From: Andalucia godoyi And28
Lineage: Eukaryota > Protista > Jakobida
Length of the DNA: 64,000 bases
Assembly (NCBI GenBank): GCA_009859145.1
Contig: VRVR01000014.1
Location: 269,351 to 333,350 of the forward strand
Direction of reading: 5' to 3'
This document shows positions 1 through 11,599 of this stretch, in pieces (position 1 is the stretch's first letter; the number at the start of each line of letters is the position of its first letter). The notes under the pieces were generated by a model. The model was given only the letters and a program-made list of their open reading frames with translations. It was not told where the DNA came from and searched no databases. The position numbers and the translations under genes were made by a program.

Positions 1-134
1 AAAAAAAGGACTTGAGAAATGAGTTACCTACAAACCGGACGAAACAAAAGGTCGGCAAAAACGACACCAGCCAGTGATGTGAAGCGTTCTGCCCAAGGGT
101 CCACTTCCAAGAAGAACAAGCACACAGGACATCT

Positions 135-242
135 TTAGGATGATTGGGAGCGCTTTCTGGAATAGGCTCCAAGACCTGCAAAGATCATGACGAGGCCAAT
201 AAAAATACCAACAACGATTGCAATAGCGTCTCCGGCGTCCAT
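135..242 (-). CDS. SMIM30: SMIM30-like (DUF4730) 35-aa membrane micropeptide
   Basis: Manual translation MDAGDAIAIVVGIFIGLVMIFAGLGAYSRKRSQSS* (ATG 242, TAA 135-137). Matches the recalled human SMIM30 core EAGDAIALLLG...ACLGVYARKR. Below the ORF-track cutoff; an upstream exon is possible. Confidence 0.75.
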   Translation of the reverse strand: MDAGDAIAIVVGIFIGLVMIFAGLGAYSRKRSQSS

Positions 243-687
243 GGTGTTATAGCAGTCCTTTGGGGGATACACTGTGAGATACACTGTGAGAAAGATGCAG
301 AAAAACCAAAATGAAGTAAAAACAGAAAGCTAACAACAATAAAAAAATAGGGGAAATTCCCTCCAGAGTTTTTGGAAATGCTCTCGGTTTCTTCTGGAAC
401 TTGGGCTTTTTGCAAAATCCGCTAACCCTTGCTGCAACCCTCAACAGTGTCCGTCCAATTCCTGAGGGTCTGATTGTTCAACTACAGCCGATTCCTCCTG
501 TCTCTCCCACCCAAAAGATAAATGTCTTCCTGGGGTCGGAAATAAGGGAGAAAGAGGGAAGGGGGGTGAAGGGGGAAGAAAGATGAGATATGCACAGACA
601 TACTTTGCGTGATAATATACATCATAGCATATAGAGTACAGAGGGATATTCATCCGAGGAATAAGTGACAGCAACGAGTAAAAAGAG

Positions 688-1815
688 CTACCTCACTTCT
701 TGGTGAACAGCCGGGTTGATGACAGATATTGGCATCGAAGCTCTTCTTGACATGTCGACGGGGCAATCCAGTGCTTCGAAGAACAACAAGTAGCCGGTTT
801 CTGTAGTTCCTGTCGTTTCGTGCGGAAGTCCAAACACTGATTCAACTTCGCTTTCATCGATCAGTTCTGCGGATCCGTCATCGAAAAGGATCCAGTGATC
901 TTGAGACTTAATCATTGAAATGTAGTGTCCATGGTTCGGACCAGACCCAATGTGGACCACAACAGCAAACAGCGAATAGAGAATGTCGTCGGCACTGTTA
1001 AAATCTGGCCCGCCCCCATCTGTTTCAATCGTGTTCACAAGTCTCAGTTCGTGCGGAAACACAACCCTGTAAGACAGTTTTTTGAATCTCTGAAGCTGTT
1101 CTACATACTTGAAACGCTTCAAATGAATCGCAAGGATTTTTGGGAGCTTCTTCACACATATTCTCTTCTGAGCTTCTTGAAGAGACGCACATTTGTCACA
1201 ATGAAACTTGTTGTTTCGAGCCAGCATTTCCACCGAAGAAAACGATCTCAAGCAGGCGGTTAGAGAGCAATTCTGCTGGACATCGACGGAAAGATCAAAG
1301 CACATTTCATCTCGAGAAGTGACTGTTTCACAGGTAAGGCACTTCGTTTCCGAGGTCAGCGTCCCTGCAAACAGATCGTGCACCCACGAACGGATTTCCA
1401 GCAGACTCGCTGTGTTTCCATTTGCCTTTTCCTGCTTCTGAAGATATTCAGCAACGTCGTTGATCAAGAAATTAAAAAATTCATGAGCATCTTGCTGAGC
1501 ATATCCACGGAAAAGCTCGTTTTCTTTCCGGAGTTTTTGAACAAACTTCCGTGGAGCAACAGACCCCGTCTTTTTCTTTGAAGAGTTAACTTGAACAAAT
1601 AGATCTGCAAGACACCCAAGCAGCGTTTCGTCGTCCGATGGATGACGGTGTGCATACTCCAGGACTTTGTTGCGAAATGGGGCGCAATAATAAAGAGCTT
1701 GAAGGACAGAATTGCAGTAGCAAGTGTTCCCAAAATTCTCGAAGCCAAGGTAGTGTTCGTTTTCGGGAAAACTGGCCCCTAACGCCTTTTCTAGTTTAGA
1801 TGGCTGTCCGCCCAT
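688..1815 (-). CDS. USP12: Ubiquitin-specific protease, USP12/USP46 (plant UBP3/4) type
   Basis: [13 protein letters not shown] start, Cys box [25 protein letters not shown], His box [16 protein letters not shown]...WILFDD; intronless. Confidence 0.95.
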   Translation of the reverse strand: MGGQPSKLEKALGASFPENEHYLGFENFGNTCYCNSVLQALYYCAPFRNKVLEYAHRHPSDDETLLGCLADLFVQVNSSKKKTGSVAPRKFVQKLRKENELFRGYAQQDAHEFFNFLINDVAEYLQKQEKANGNTASLLEIRSWVHDLFAGTLTSETKCLTCETVTSRDEMCFDLSVDVQQNCSLTACLRSFSSVEMLARNNKFHCDKCASLQEAQKRICVKKLPKILAIHLKRFKYVEQLQRFKKLSYRVVFPHELRLVNTIETDGGGPDFNSADDILYSLFAVVVHIGSGPNHGHYISMIKSQDHWILFDDGSAELIDESEVESVFGLPHETTGTTETGYLLFFEALDCPVDMSRRASMPISVINPAVHQEVR

Positions 1816-2265
1816 GCGATTTTCTCAAATCTAAATTCACCAGGGAAAACAGGTCCAAAGTATTGTGCTGTAGGAATACACATGTCCATATCCTTGCGCT
1901 CATCATTAAATACCCAGACTTTTTGCTCGTGTTGAAAGATGTGTTGCGATGGTTGCTCATACGTTGTTTGCACTACAGTAGGTGCTGCGAATCTCGACAG
2001 AAAACCGAGAAGGTCACTCAAAAATGCTTCATTCATTCATTGTCGAGGCAACTCTTCTTTAAAAAAAGTAGCGTTTGTTATTTTTCGATCTGAGATGTTT
2101 TATAATATATAGAGGAACCACATGAGATGCAAAATTCGGAACCCCGTTTAATTAATTTAAAAAAATGCATCTCGAAGCGAGCGCGGTTAAAGCCAAAACA
2201 CTTTGATTTCTCTTCCACGACGCTCAGAAGATGATGGGGCTTCCTCTGGAAAGATCGAGTAAATC

Positions 2266-2808
2266 GTGGACGCCTCTACTCCGTCGAATCCATCCAAAAC
2301 TACCTCGCAAGCCGCTCCGTCACCACTGCCACGGAAAAAAAGAATGCAAAGAGAAGACGATCTGTTGCGCGAGAGTTCTCCAGCGATCATCAACGGCCCG
2401 ATCTCGAAACGACAAGTCCAAGACCCTTCAAACGACAATATCGCGTCCGGGAGCAACTTCAACCGCCCCGGTCTTAAAGACGATGCCGTAGCGGAAACGT
2501 CGAAGAAGCTGTGGTTGTCCACAAAGACCGTGTCGCTCGATTCGGTTTCGATCTCCTCAGCTTGGATTTTCCCAGACGTTTGCTGTTCGACTCCGATCAT
2601 TCACACGGACACGACGAGCAGCGTTGACCTGTTGTGGTCCACGACGAAGCAACTGAAGAGTACAAACATTGTGGAGTTCGAAGTGGATCGCGATTGGCTT
2701 TGGTGCTCGAAATGCATGTTTGAAGCATTATTCAATCATTCTGAGCGCCTTTGCTTTAAGCGAAGTGCGCGATGGGTGCCTCGGCGCTTCTCGTGTACGG
2801 AGTTGTAA
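2266..2808 (+). CDS. Hypothetical protein (start and splicing uncertain)
   Basis: 180-codon open frame with a GTG start just after a stop; first ATG at about 2344; no recognisable motif; a competing minus-strand ORF lies at 2187-2600. Confidence 0.3.
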   Translation: MDASTPSNPSKTTSQAAPSPLPRKKRMQREDDLLRESSPAIINGPISKRQVQDPSNDNIASGSNFNRPGLKDDAVAETSKKLWLSTKTVSLDSVSISSAWIFPDVCCSTPIIHTDTTSSVDLLWSTTKQLKSTNIVEFEVDRDWLWCSKCMFEALFNHSERLCFKRSARWVPRRFSCTEL

Positions 2809-3097
2809 GCATAAATCTCATGAAAGCGAGGCGAGTGTTGTTGCCAGTACTGATCAACACTGATTAGTATTGGAACGAGGCGAGAGAAACTAAATACATA
2901 CCCCAAACAGCAGAGTGACGGATGAAAATGCGGGACACGGTGGTGAAGAAACCGAAAAAGGGCTCACAGATGAATGCACAACCATGATTTTTATCCTTGT
3001 CAATCCACGGACTCCCCTCCGCCTTCCTCCCCCCGGCGATCAACCCCCTCTTCAGAATGGGGGCGTCTTGAATTCCGAATGGCAAAATTTGTCAATG

Positions 3098-5442
3098 TCA
3101 AGACATAGAGGATGCCACGTTTCTGATGAACAGTACGTCGTCCTTATCAATTCCCAGCGTCTCTGCAACACTGTCATCAAACAATGTCGACGATTCGGAT
3201 GAACTGCGATTCATAAAAACCGAGTCAACAGCCAACCCTCTCACAGCCCGAGCCTGGTAAGCTACATTCTGGAGATACCCGTGAATATAATTCACAATCA
3301 ATTCCGCTGGCATGTTACTCTTACTCATGCTGACGGCAGAATCCAGCATTTTCGAAAATGACGGAGGACATCTCCATCGGAAACGCTGAATGCCCTGCAG
3401 ACTCTCCATGCTCGCTTCCGAAAACGCAAGATGATCCATGGATCTGATTGAATCAGCATCAGAAGAGGACAGTGCAACCACTTCCACAATCTGCTTCGAG
3501 ACGTCCACTAGTATCGTGTACACAACAGACGGGTAAACATCCATCTCCAGGAAGGGTTGTTCGATCAGTAAACGCATGTCCGCAAACACGGAGTTCAGAG
3601 AAAACCTGGCACGATTGACTCTTTGCATGACAAAGTCACCGCAAAACCGTTCCGACCATTCAGCAAAATACATTACCGACGATGATAGCGATGCTAGCTC
3701 TGATTCAATGTTTGACACATCCAGACTGTTGTTTAACTGGTGGTTTTGTTCCGCAACAGCAGGCAGAAGAATCGAGTGCTGGTTTGTGTCAAGTTCTGCG
3801 CCTCGTAAAAAGAAAGATGCACAAGACATCAAAGCCTGTCCGACGGAGTCAAAATCCGGACCTGCATGTCCATTCTTATGCAGATGTGGAATAACTTGCT
3901 TGTGGGACCTCGAGTCCTTGAACACTGGAGCATCCTCAATAAACACAATACGACATAGTTTCAGCTGTGGTGAGGCATCAATATACCGGCAGAGATCGGG
4001 TAGATCAGTCGCAGTGGAATCCAGAGAGCCGTGGCGGACTGAATCAATTAGCCATCGAAGAAACGGAACACCACCGAGAACAGAGAGTCTGTGATGGCCA
4101 ATTGGGAACCGCACAACGCTGCTGTTGTCAGCAGACTTGACAGAACAACCGCTAGAGCTGAAGTGGTTCCCTGCAACAGTGTCAATCCAAGACACATGAT
4201 GGCCAAGAATACAAGAAAGGACAGTAGCAGAAAACGGTAGCTTTGCATCATGCTCAAGAAATGCCAATCCATCCATAAGGCAACGATACGCAGCTTGGGC
4301 GTGATCCACGCTTTGAATGGAGTACGGCCACAGAGGATATCGTAGCAGTGACGCAGATAAAAACGAAAAAACGGTGGATTTGAAATCTTGGACGGCAGCA
4401 GCTAAAACCGCATTGTTCGACAGAGATTGAGGCACGAAGTTCACGGAAAGATTACAGGGAGGAGAAATTTTGTCAGACGATGCTCTCTGTGCGCACTCCT
4501 TTTGGACCCTTCTCACCAAATGATCAGACAGGAGCTTTCGGCAGATTCGCATTAGTTTGCGAATGCGATACTCCACGACAACAAACACGCGTTGCAACAC
4601 CTCAAAAGAAACTATAGGAAACACCACTCCAAGAGCACATTGCACTCGGCAATTGATGAATGGTTTGCCTTTTCTATCCACCGCAGTCGATTGAATGCAG
4701 TCACGCGCAGGAGAAAAACCCATGGAAGATGAATTTGCACTGGCATGGAAATCTCGGAAAGCAGCGACAGAACTGCGACCGATCAGCCGGTCTTCGTCAA
4801 TCAGGATTTGTGACGACCCATCAAATGAAGTCATCCTACGCATGACGTGGGCTCTAATTTCGCCGTCGGATTCTTCGATTTCAAACGAAGACTGACCCGT
4901 CACCGACCACCGAGGCGCATGGGATCTCCTGCTTGCAGATGTTCGGTCTTGAAGGTCGTCGTCTGCTCTGGTCTGTTGTTGCTGTGCAGCATGTTCGTTC
5001 ATTTTTTCAATCTGGGCCGAATTTGAACTCACGGCGAAAATTTTTGAGATCACCAAAGACTCCATGGATTGAATGAGATGAACCTTTGTCTGATCTGTGC
5101 GAACCTTGAATGGAAGTGCCCCAAACATGATTTCCCCAAAGACGTCGATCGATTTTGAGGGAGTGACGGAGTCATACAGTAGAGTATGAGTCCTATTGGA
5201 CCTGTTTTCTTGCATCAGCTGTTTCCCCCCCAAAAAATACAATAAATAAATGAAAATTAGAACATCGCCGACATCACGAAGCAATTCAAAAGCGAGGAAA
5301 GAAAAAAACATACAAAGATTCGAATGGGAAATTCATGAGTCGAAAACAGATGCAAAGGCTGCGATCCCTGCAGCAAATGAAGAGGAGCTAAATCAACGCT
5401 GGGGACAGAGACGTGATCGTCATGCGAGTGCTTGTTCCCCAT
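3098..5442 (-). CDS. FNIP: Folliculin-interacting protein (FNIP/Lst4 family), 2 exons
   Basis: Exon 5442-5314, GT-AG intron 5313-5219 (95 nt), exon 5218-3098. The spliced product reads IRIFLMQE...TLLYDS...EIMFGALPFK...TKVHLI...LVISKIF (FNIP_N) and VLSCILGHHVSWIDTV (FNIP_M). Confidence 0.85.
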
Positions 5443-5868
5443 TCATGAACTCTAGCAGATCTGCAAAACCACAAACCGAGACAAGTAGTATTTTTTTTCT
5501 TCTTCTTCTTCTTCTTCTTCTTTTTCTTCTTTTTCTTGTTGAACAGAAACAGCACCCAAATAGACGGAAAAATTGTGATAACCAATCAAGGATTCCCAAC
5601 TTCAAAGTTCAGAACCCATAGCTCGCATATCGAGCGCATTCCTCCTCATAGGGCGTTTTTCCCCCCCAGAAGCTTCCGCATTCCGTGCTCAACGATGAAA
5701 TCTCAATTGATGCCGGGATGGAGAGACCCCGCCTTGCTCGCGCCAGATGGGAAAATGGACTGTTGTTTTTAATTCTTTGATTTATTAATTCTTTATTAAT
5801 TCTTAGTTTTTATCATTGTTGTTGTTGTTGCCCTTCATGGCAACATTGATATATTGAGAAACGTTGCA

Positions 5869-7412
5869 ATGTCTCAAGTCGAATACCGCGTTACAAACAT
5901 TGAGCCTTTGGAATCGAACTTGTTTCCGTTCGGAAGTGTTGGAATCCGCGTCTTGTCGAACTGCGGCTTCGTTCACAGCTCTGTTTTGGATCTGGCATCT
6001 CTTCGTCGTTTCGGTTTGTTTGAAGGCTGTGTTTTTCAGCTTGAGCAGGAATTACCCAAGGACAACTTCAGCTTGTTCTACTTTTCTCCGACTGCAAAAG
6101 TATGCATTTTTTGGTTTTCATTTTTAATACATACATTATGTTGGATGCACATCCCTCGACACAAAGCGATTCTCACGTGCAAGCGTGTTGCATTCGATTC
6201 TTTCTAACGTTGTAGATCAGAATCGTTCGCGAAAGCCAGCGTGATCTGTTTCCGTTTCCTGTCCACAGGGACATCCACCCATCGAGCACGTCTTTGAAAT
6301 CACTGCGGGATGCCCAGGAAACATTGGAGCTGACTTCAGGGACCTCGACACCCCCACGAGAACCGCCCCTTGCGAAGATTCGTATATCGTCTGCCAATTT
6401 CTATTCCTGGGATCAGACAGAAGTCGAAATGCGCAAGCAACCGCCAGCAGAGTGCATTGTTTGGATCCCCTTGAGAGATTTTGAAGATTTTCCTGAAGAA
6501 GAGCTGGTTGCGCAATCCCTGAACAAAGAATTGCATCGACGGGACCTGGTGGATTCCGATGACGGCGAGTCCCCTGCAGGCATTGTCCGGATATCCAAAT
6601 CAAAAGAAACCATCCGCTTTCCCAAGAAATCAAGCGGCTTATTCTTGTCGACCATCGGTTTCAAGAAGAAGCAGCACCCGAAATTGCTGTTCTCCGTTGC
6701 TTCCGACTTTCAGTCACAGCCTTCAAGAAAGGTTGAACTCCAGTCTCGCGCAAAGAAGTATCTGCAAAAAGTCAAACAAGTCATTCAAACACTGTCCCCG
6801 ACCGCTTCGGTGCTTGCTCCTGCAACACAGATGCATCCCGTGTCGCCATTTTCACCAGCACCCGAGGCTGCGACGATAGCGGCGGACAATTCGCAGCTTG
6901 ACGCATCTCAGATGTACTGTTCGCAGATTGCAAGCGCCGATTTCCAGGAGTTCCCAGATGCGAATTCCGATCATGTTCTGGTCACGCAAGCTAATTCGGT
7001 TGTCGTGGCTGCGGCTCACGGCAGTTCAGATGTTTCTCAGTCGTCGATGGAACTGCATGATTCAAGCGGTGAAGCGGAAGAAGCGTGGGAGCAAAACCTG
7101 AAAACATCACCGATTGACGACGACGTAGACAGTGATTCTGCTGAAGTGGATCCGTTCGCGTTTCCGATATCTCCGGCGAATCATCACCATCGTACCGCCG
7201 TTCAGAGAAGAAGCTTGGCAGAAAACCGGAAAGAGGACACTTCCGAAGAAGTTGACGTATTTTCCGATGTAATCTCCCTCCCAATTCTCTCCCGCACGTT
7301 GACGTCATCACTTCGGACGATGATGACCCGTGTTCTTCCGCAGGATCGCAATTTCTCCAACGATGAGGATGAAATCGAGATCTTTACTCAGCAAGACTCC
7401 AACGATGATTGA
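5869..7412 (+). CDS. Hypothetical protein: OB-fold-like N-terminus and acidic SQ/TQ-rich tail, 2 exons
   Basis: Exon 5869-6099, intron 6100-6215 (GTATGC...CTAAC...TAG), exon 6216-7412 in frame with ORF 6294-7412. The N-terminus weakly resembles RPA70N/TPP1-type OB folds. Confidence 0.65.
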
Positions 7413-7603
7413 GCATGAAACAATCTGCCGCAGCGTCGCCACAACAAGCATAAAATCTGTACATAAGGCCGTGCGAAACTTGTAAAATAGAATGGATTGA
7501 CAGTATGCAGTGATAATTTAATTTTTAATATAAAAAAAAAAGACTCCAGACTCCAGACTCTAGACGAAAAACCTAAAGCAAATTTGACCGATTTTCGAAC
7601 CAG

Positions 7604-8908
7604 TCAGTTCGCGAAACGCAGCACACCGATTCGCTCCAGAAAGATCAAGCGATCCTGGGTGGGCAGCAACGTAACCACTTCGGCAAGAAAAGAGATGTCT
7701 TCCACAGTACGGGAAGCCGGGGGTTTGGCAAACACAATCGAGCCTCCGATCAGAGAAAACTCCACTGGCGACTTTGCCTCGCGTTCCATTTGCGTAATGT
7801 TCTCAGCAGTGGATGTCAGGGAAGCGACGTAGTGGATTTCATCTGCTGTTCTCTCCTCTGGAGCTTTCACAAACACGCGCATGGATTCGATCAAAAATTG
7901 CTCCTGTTGCCGGATAAGCAACCGCTGTTCCTGGACCAGGGCAGCAAGCTGCAACTCAATCTCCATCACATACTCCCGTTCTGCCTCCGTCCGTTGCTCA
8001 AATGGAACAGCGAAGGCGTACGTCCCCGTCGCGAGTTCCAGCACAACTTCACCGCGCCCGTCGGGAACAGCCTCCTTGCAGAGTCTTTTGACTTGTGCCG
8101 CGAAGTTCCGCAGAGCAAGCACGTACACTTGCTCCTCCTTATTTCGATGTTCAGGGCGCTTGGAAAACACTTGTGCACAGCCAATGGCCAATTCAAATGC
8201 ATCATCATCCGCAATGGCTACTGGAGTGTCCCCCCACGCGCGATCGCTCGTTGCAACAGCAGAGCCCGGAAACTGCAGTTTGATCCTAGCACTTTCCGCA
8301 GCGATACGGGCATTTTTCGACTCCAGGACATTCAAATCCGAAAACGATGTATTCCGAATCAAAGACTGGGTCCTATATGCTCTACTTTGCTGAGCAATCG
8401 AGTCACGCCGGCCACAAAGCGTCTGAGATGCCTTCAGTCCTGCAGCTTCCGCAGAAGCAGCGGCCTTCTTTGCATGCTCCGAAGCTTTCGAGTCAAAGGA
8501 TGATACATTCTTGGAAGCATTGCTCGATTTGCGCAAAGCGGGAGCAGAAGAAGAACGCTTCTCTGTAGTTTGATCGACGTTTTCATTGGAAATCCGAATG
8601 GACTTCTTGACCGCACTAAGAAACACGTCCAATTCTTCCGACGTCTCAAACGCAATGTAGAATGCCTTTTCATTTGCAGTCAGCTTCAGGCAGAATGGCC
8701 GGTTCTGAGAGGCCATCTCAGAGGACCGTCCACATGCGCAATTCGTCAGCGAGATCGTCCCAACGACCGCAGCAGGAGACGCATGGTCGCTCTTATAGAA
8801 GGACAGTTCGTTTCTCGACACAATGAAATATCGCCTTTTCCATTTCCTCAGAAACGATCCAGAGAACAATTGACCCCAACCCCGTGTCACTACATTATCT
8901 CGTTCCAT
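7604..8908 (-). CDS. PH-domain protein
   Basis: ATG at 8908: MERDNVVTRGWGQL...LRKWKRRYFIVSRNELSFYKS...VGTISL...FCLKL...FYIAFETSEELDVFLSAV is a canonical PH signature. An upstream exon cannot be excluded. Confidence 0.8.
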   Translation of the reverse strand: MERDNVVTRGWGQLFSGSFLRKWKRRYFIVSRNELSFYKSDHASPAAVVGTISLTNCACGRSSEMASQNRPFCLKLTANEKAFYIAFETSEELDVFLSAVKKSIRISNENVDQTTEKRSSSAPALRKSSNASKNVSSFDSKASEHAKKAAASAEAAGLKASQTLCGRRDSIAQQSRAYRTQSLIRNTSFSDLNVLESKNARIAAESARIKLQFPGSAVATSDRAWGDTPVAIADDDAFELAIGCAQVFSKRPEHRNKEEQVYVLALRNFAAQVKRLCKEAVPDGRGEVVLELATGTYAFAVPFEQRTEAEREYVMEIELQLAALVQEQRLLIRQQEQFLIESMRVFVKAPEERTADEIHYVASLTSTAENITQMEREAKSPVEFSLIGGSIVFAKPPASRTVEDISFLAEVVTLLPTQDRLIFLERIGVLRFAN

Positions 8909-9655
8909 TCGAGAACAACCATTTGTGCTGCAGATTGCTGCTGCTCGGAAAGAATAATGTAAAATCAAAGAAAAATACAGCAACAAAAGACAACGAACAA
9001 CGAGAAATTAAAAGTCTCCATGGAGAAAAAAAAACACGGCGACTGTAGTCGAACGAAAAAGCAGAACTACAGGAGGAGCCAAAAGGGGAAAAAAAAAGGA
9101 GTCTGTGCGGAGTGATGCATCTGTGCTGGCGGCACGAGGAGCAGATCCCTCGACCGAACACTGGGGTCGGTTTTGACTGCTCTGTTGCCAGCCTCGTCCG
9201 TTGCCCAATCTCTTTAATCGCCGTGATGCCAAAGCCGCTTACGCAGCAGCACCCCTGCAAACAGCGCCCTTCGAGCGGTGCTCAAAACCCTAATCCGCCA
9301 GCCCGGAACACCCGCGCCCATTCTCCAATCTCCACCTTCTCCCAGTCGCAAAGAGTCACAGCCGGTGCCGCCGGCCAAGGCTAAGCACACAGCGCAGCCA
9401 AGGTTGCTTTTCAATGTGCGGCACTCTCACTACTTTCATACTTGTGGGTGTGGTTGCGAGCTGGACTGGTTTTAATTTTGGCAGATTTTTTGTTTTTACG
9501 ACCAGTTGTTTTCTAGGGGCGAGAGTCGATGTCTTTTGGTGACCTCGGACAGGAGAGGCGTATCAGAACGAACATATCGGCGCCTCGGGAGGCACGGCAA
9601 TGCGCTGCAAATAAACAGAAAAAGGAAGAGAAGGACATGGATGATGGGTACTGTA

Positions 9656-11182
9656 CTAGTCGAGATCGAGGATTCCCATTTGGTCATCAAGTTCTTCGAT
9701 GAGTGGTTGTTCTTCTTTCGGCACAGGCATCGGGACGTCGTATTTCACATCGTCGGTTCGCATAGCCTGCATTCCTACTGGAGTCGAGATTGAGCCGAGC
9801 ATCTTGGGCGCCTCTCCCTCTGCTGCAAACTCGAGCTTCATTTCTCCATGCTCATCCACCTGCTCCGCAACGCGCTTCACAACGTCCAGCAGCTGCTGCA
9901 GAACCGTCCGCAGCGCAGACGAGGATTCGCTCGTTGAAGATCCGGAGGCGGAAGATGCAGAGGATAAGAGCGACTCAACATGCTGCGTAAGCGATGGAAC
10001 TACGCGACGGAAATACAGCTCGCGGTTGCATAGAGAGCTGTTCGTAAGCCGCAGCAAGGCTTCTGCATATTTTATCCTGATCTGCAGGCTTGGCTCCTTT
10101 TCAAACCCGGCGTAGTGCTTCGCGATCTTGACAGTCGATTCGTCTTCGCTCTCCTCAACCCACTCCGCTTCGTCTTTTCCCTCCATTTCAGCTCCATCCT
10201 CCAGCTGCGCCTCCTTTGATGGAGCTGCTGGTGTGACTGCAGACGATGAGACGAGCGTGCCTCCGTCTTGCGTGGCAGAGCTGCTCTTGTTCTTTCGGAC
10301 AGTCTTTGGAGGCAACTTAGAGCCCACAACGAGTGGCCATAAACAGTGTAAAATCGCAGCCTTTTTGATAAGCTCATCGTGCAGATCCTCGTTCACGACG
10401 CAGTTTCGAATGGTGGTGGCAACACCGACTCGGCGGACCGTGTCTGCATCATTTGCGTATCTTGCGAACCGCGCGAGCAAACACGCATCGTCGTCTGCAG
10501 AGTCAAGAAGCGAGAGCTGAAATGGACGCAGAACTGAGAGTGACCCGGCGACGCCAAAGAGCCATCGATGCGCATCGGCCGTGACCATTTCGTCTGTCTT
10601 TGCGCGCAAAGGAGGCATTTCAAACGCTCGCAGAAGCACAGGAGGCAGCAAACTCTCGAAAAACGCACCACCGTCCGCTGTCGAATGGTGGTTGGCCACA
10701 AGATGGGTGTGGACCGGAACTGCAGTCGTGATGTTCAGCAGCAACAGTGCATTCAGCGGCGCAAATGCCTTTACGGATGACGCATTCTTCGCTGTCGTCG
10801 TCGTTGTTGTTGTTGTTGTCGATGATGATGAAAGAAGGGAAAGAAGACGTGGGAAAAGTCGAAATGTAGAGGCCATTGCAAGAGCAGCATTCGGATCCGT
10901 AGCGAGGTTTACGAGTGCTTTGAGCGCATTGGAGGCAGTGGCGGGATCTGCCGCTGCAGAATCGGACCACGCAATTGTCGCCAACCGTCGAATCACGTCG
11001 GTGTGTAGCGCCAGAGCCGAAAGTGAGAATGATTGTGAATCATCCGATGATGACGTGGATGATGAGGTTAGCGATAGCACATGAGACACAGCAGTCGCGC
11101 GAACAGCTGGGTTCGAATGCGAAAGAAACGACACGAGCTCAACGATCGTTGGGTCAATCCCAGCTGGTGATGTCTCCGCCAT
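9656..11182 (-). CDS. HGH1: HGH1/FAM203 eEF2 chaperone
   Basis: ELVSFLSHSNPAVRATAV and RRVGVATTIRNC match recalled Hgh1 motifs; armadillo-like body with an acidic C-terminus. Confidence 0.85.
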   Translation of the reverse strand: MAETSPAGIDPTIVELVSFLSHSNPAVRATAVSHVLSLTSSSTSSSDDSQSFSLSALALHTDVIRRLATIAWSDSAAADPATASNALKALVNLATDPNAALAMASTFRLFPRLLSLLSSSSTTTTTTTTTAKNASSVKAFAPLNALLLLNITTAVPVHTHLVANHHSTADGGAFFESLLPPVLLRAFEMPPLRAKTDEMVTADAHRWLFGVAGSLSVLRPFQLSLLDSADDDACLLARFARYANDADTVRRVGVATTIRNCVVNEDLHDELIKKAAILHCLWPLVVGSKLPPKTVRKNKSSSATQDGGTLVSSSAVTPAAPSKEAQLEDGAEMEGKDEAEWVEESEDESTVKIAKHYAGFEKEPSLQIRIKYAEALLRLTNSSLCNRELYFRRVVPSLTQHVESLLSSASSASGSSTSESSSALRTVLQQLLDVVKRVAEQVDEHGEMKLEFAAEGEAPKMLGSISTPVGMQAMRTDDVKYDVPMPVPKEEQPLIEELDDQMGILDLD

Positions 11183-11599
11183 GGCGTTCTGCAGCCCTTC
11201 TTTTCCTTTTTTTAAAAAAAATTAAAAAAAGTGATATACAATAAATAAACAAATCTAACATTTAAAAAAAGGTTTCTTCTTCTTGTCAGCAATGCGCAAT
11301 CATTAATGATCGCGTCTTTTAATGTGGTGACGATTTCGGCATTTCGGAATTATCGGATTTTGCCTCTGCTTGGAAGCAACAAAAACAAAGGGGGGAATTG
11401 AGCGAAATGAAACTGCCGGATCTTTTACGATTCCTTGCATCAATGTGATGCAACCGCACGTTTCCTTCCTTTCGGATTATGATGGAACGAAACGAAGCGA
11501 AACGAAGCGAAACGAAGCGAAAGAACGAAACGAGAAAAGCAAGAAAGAGAGAGAGAGAGAGAACGAGGGAGGGAGAGAGGGAGAGAGGGAGAGAGAGAG

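Noticed and set aside
1791-2036. 81-aa ORF overlapping the USP12 start in another frame (possible uORF)
   Set aside because: No homology or expression evidence, and its length is compatible with chance.
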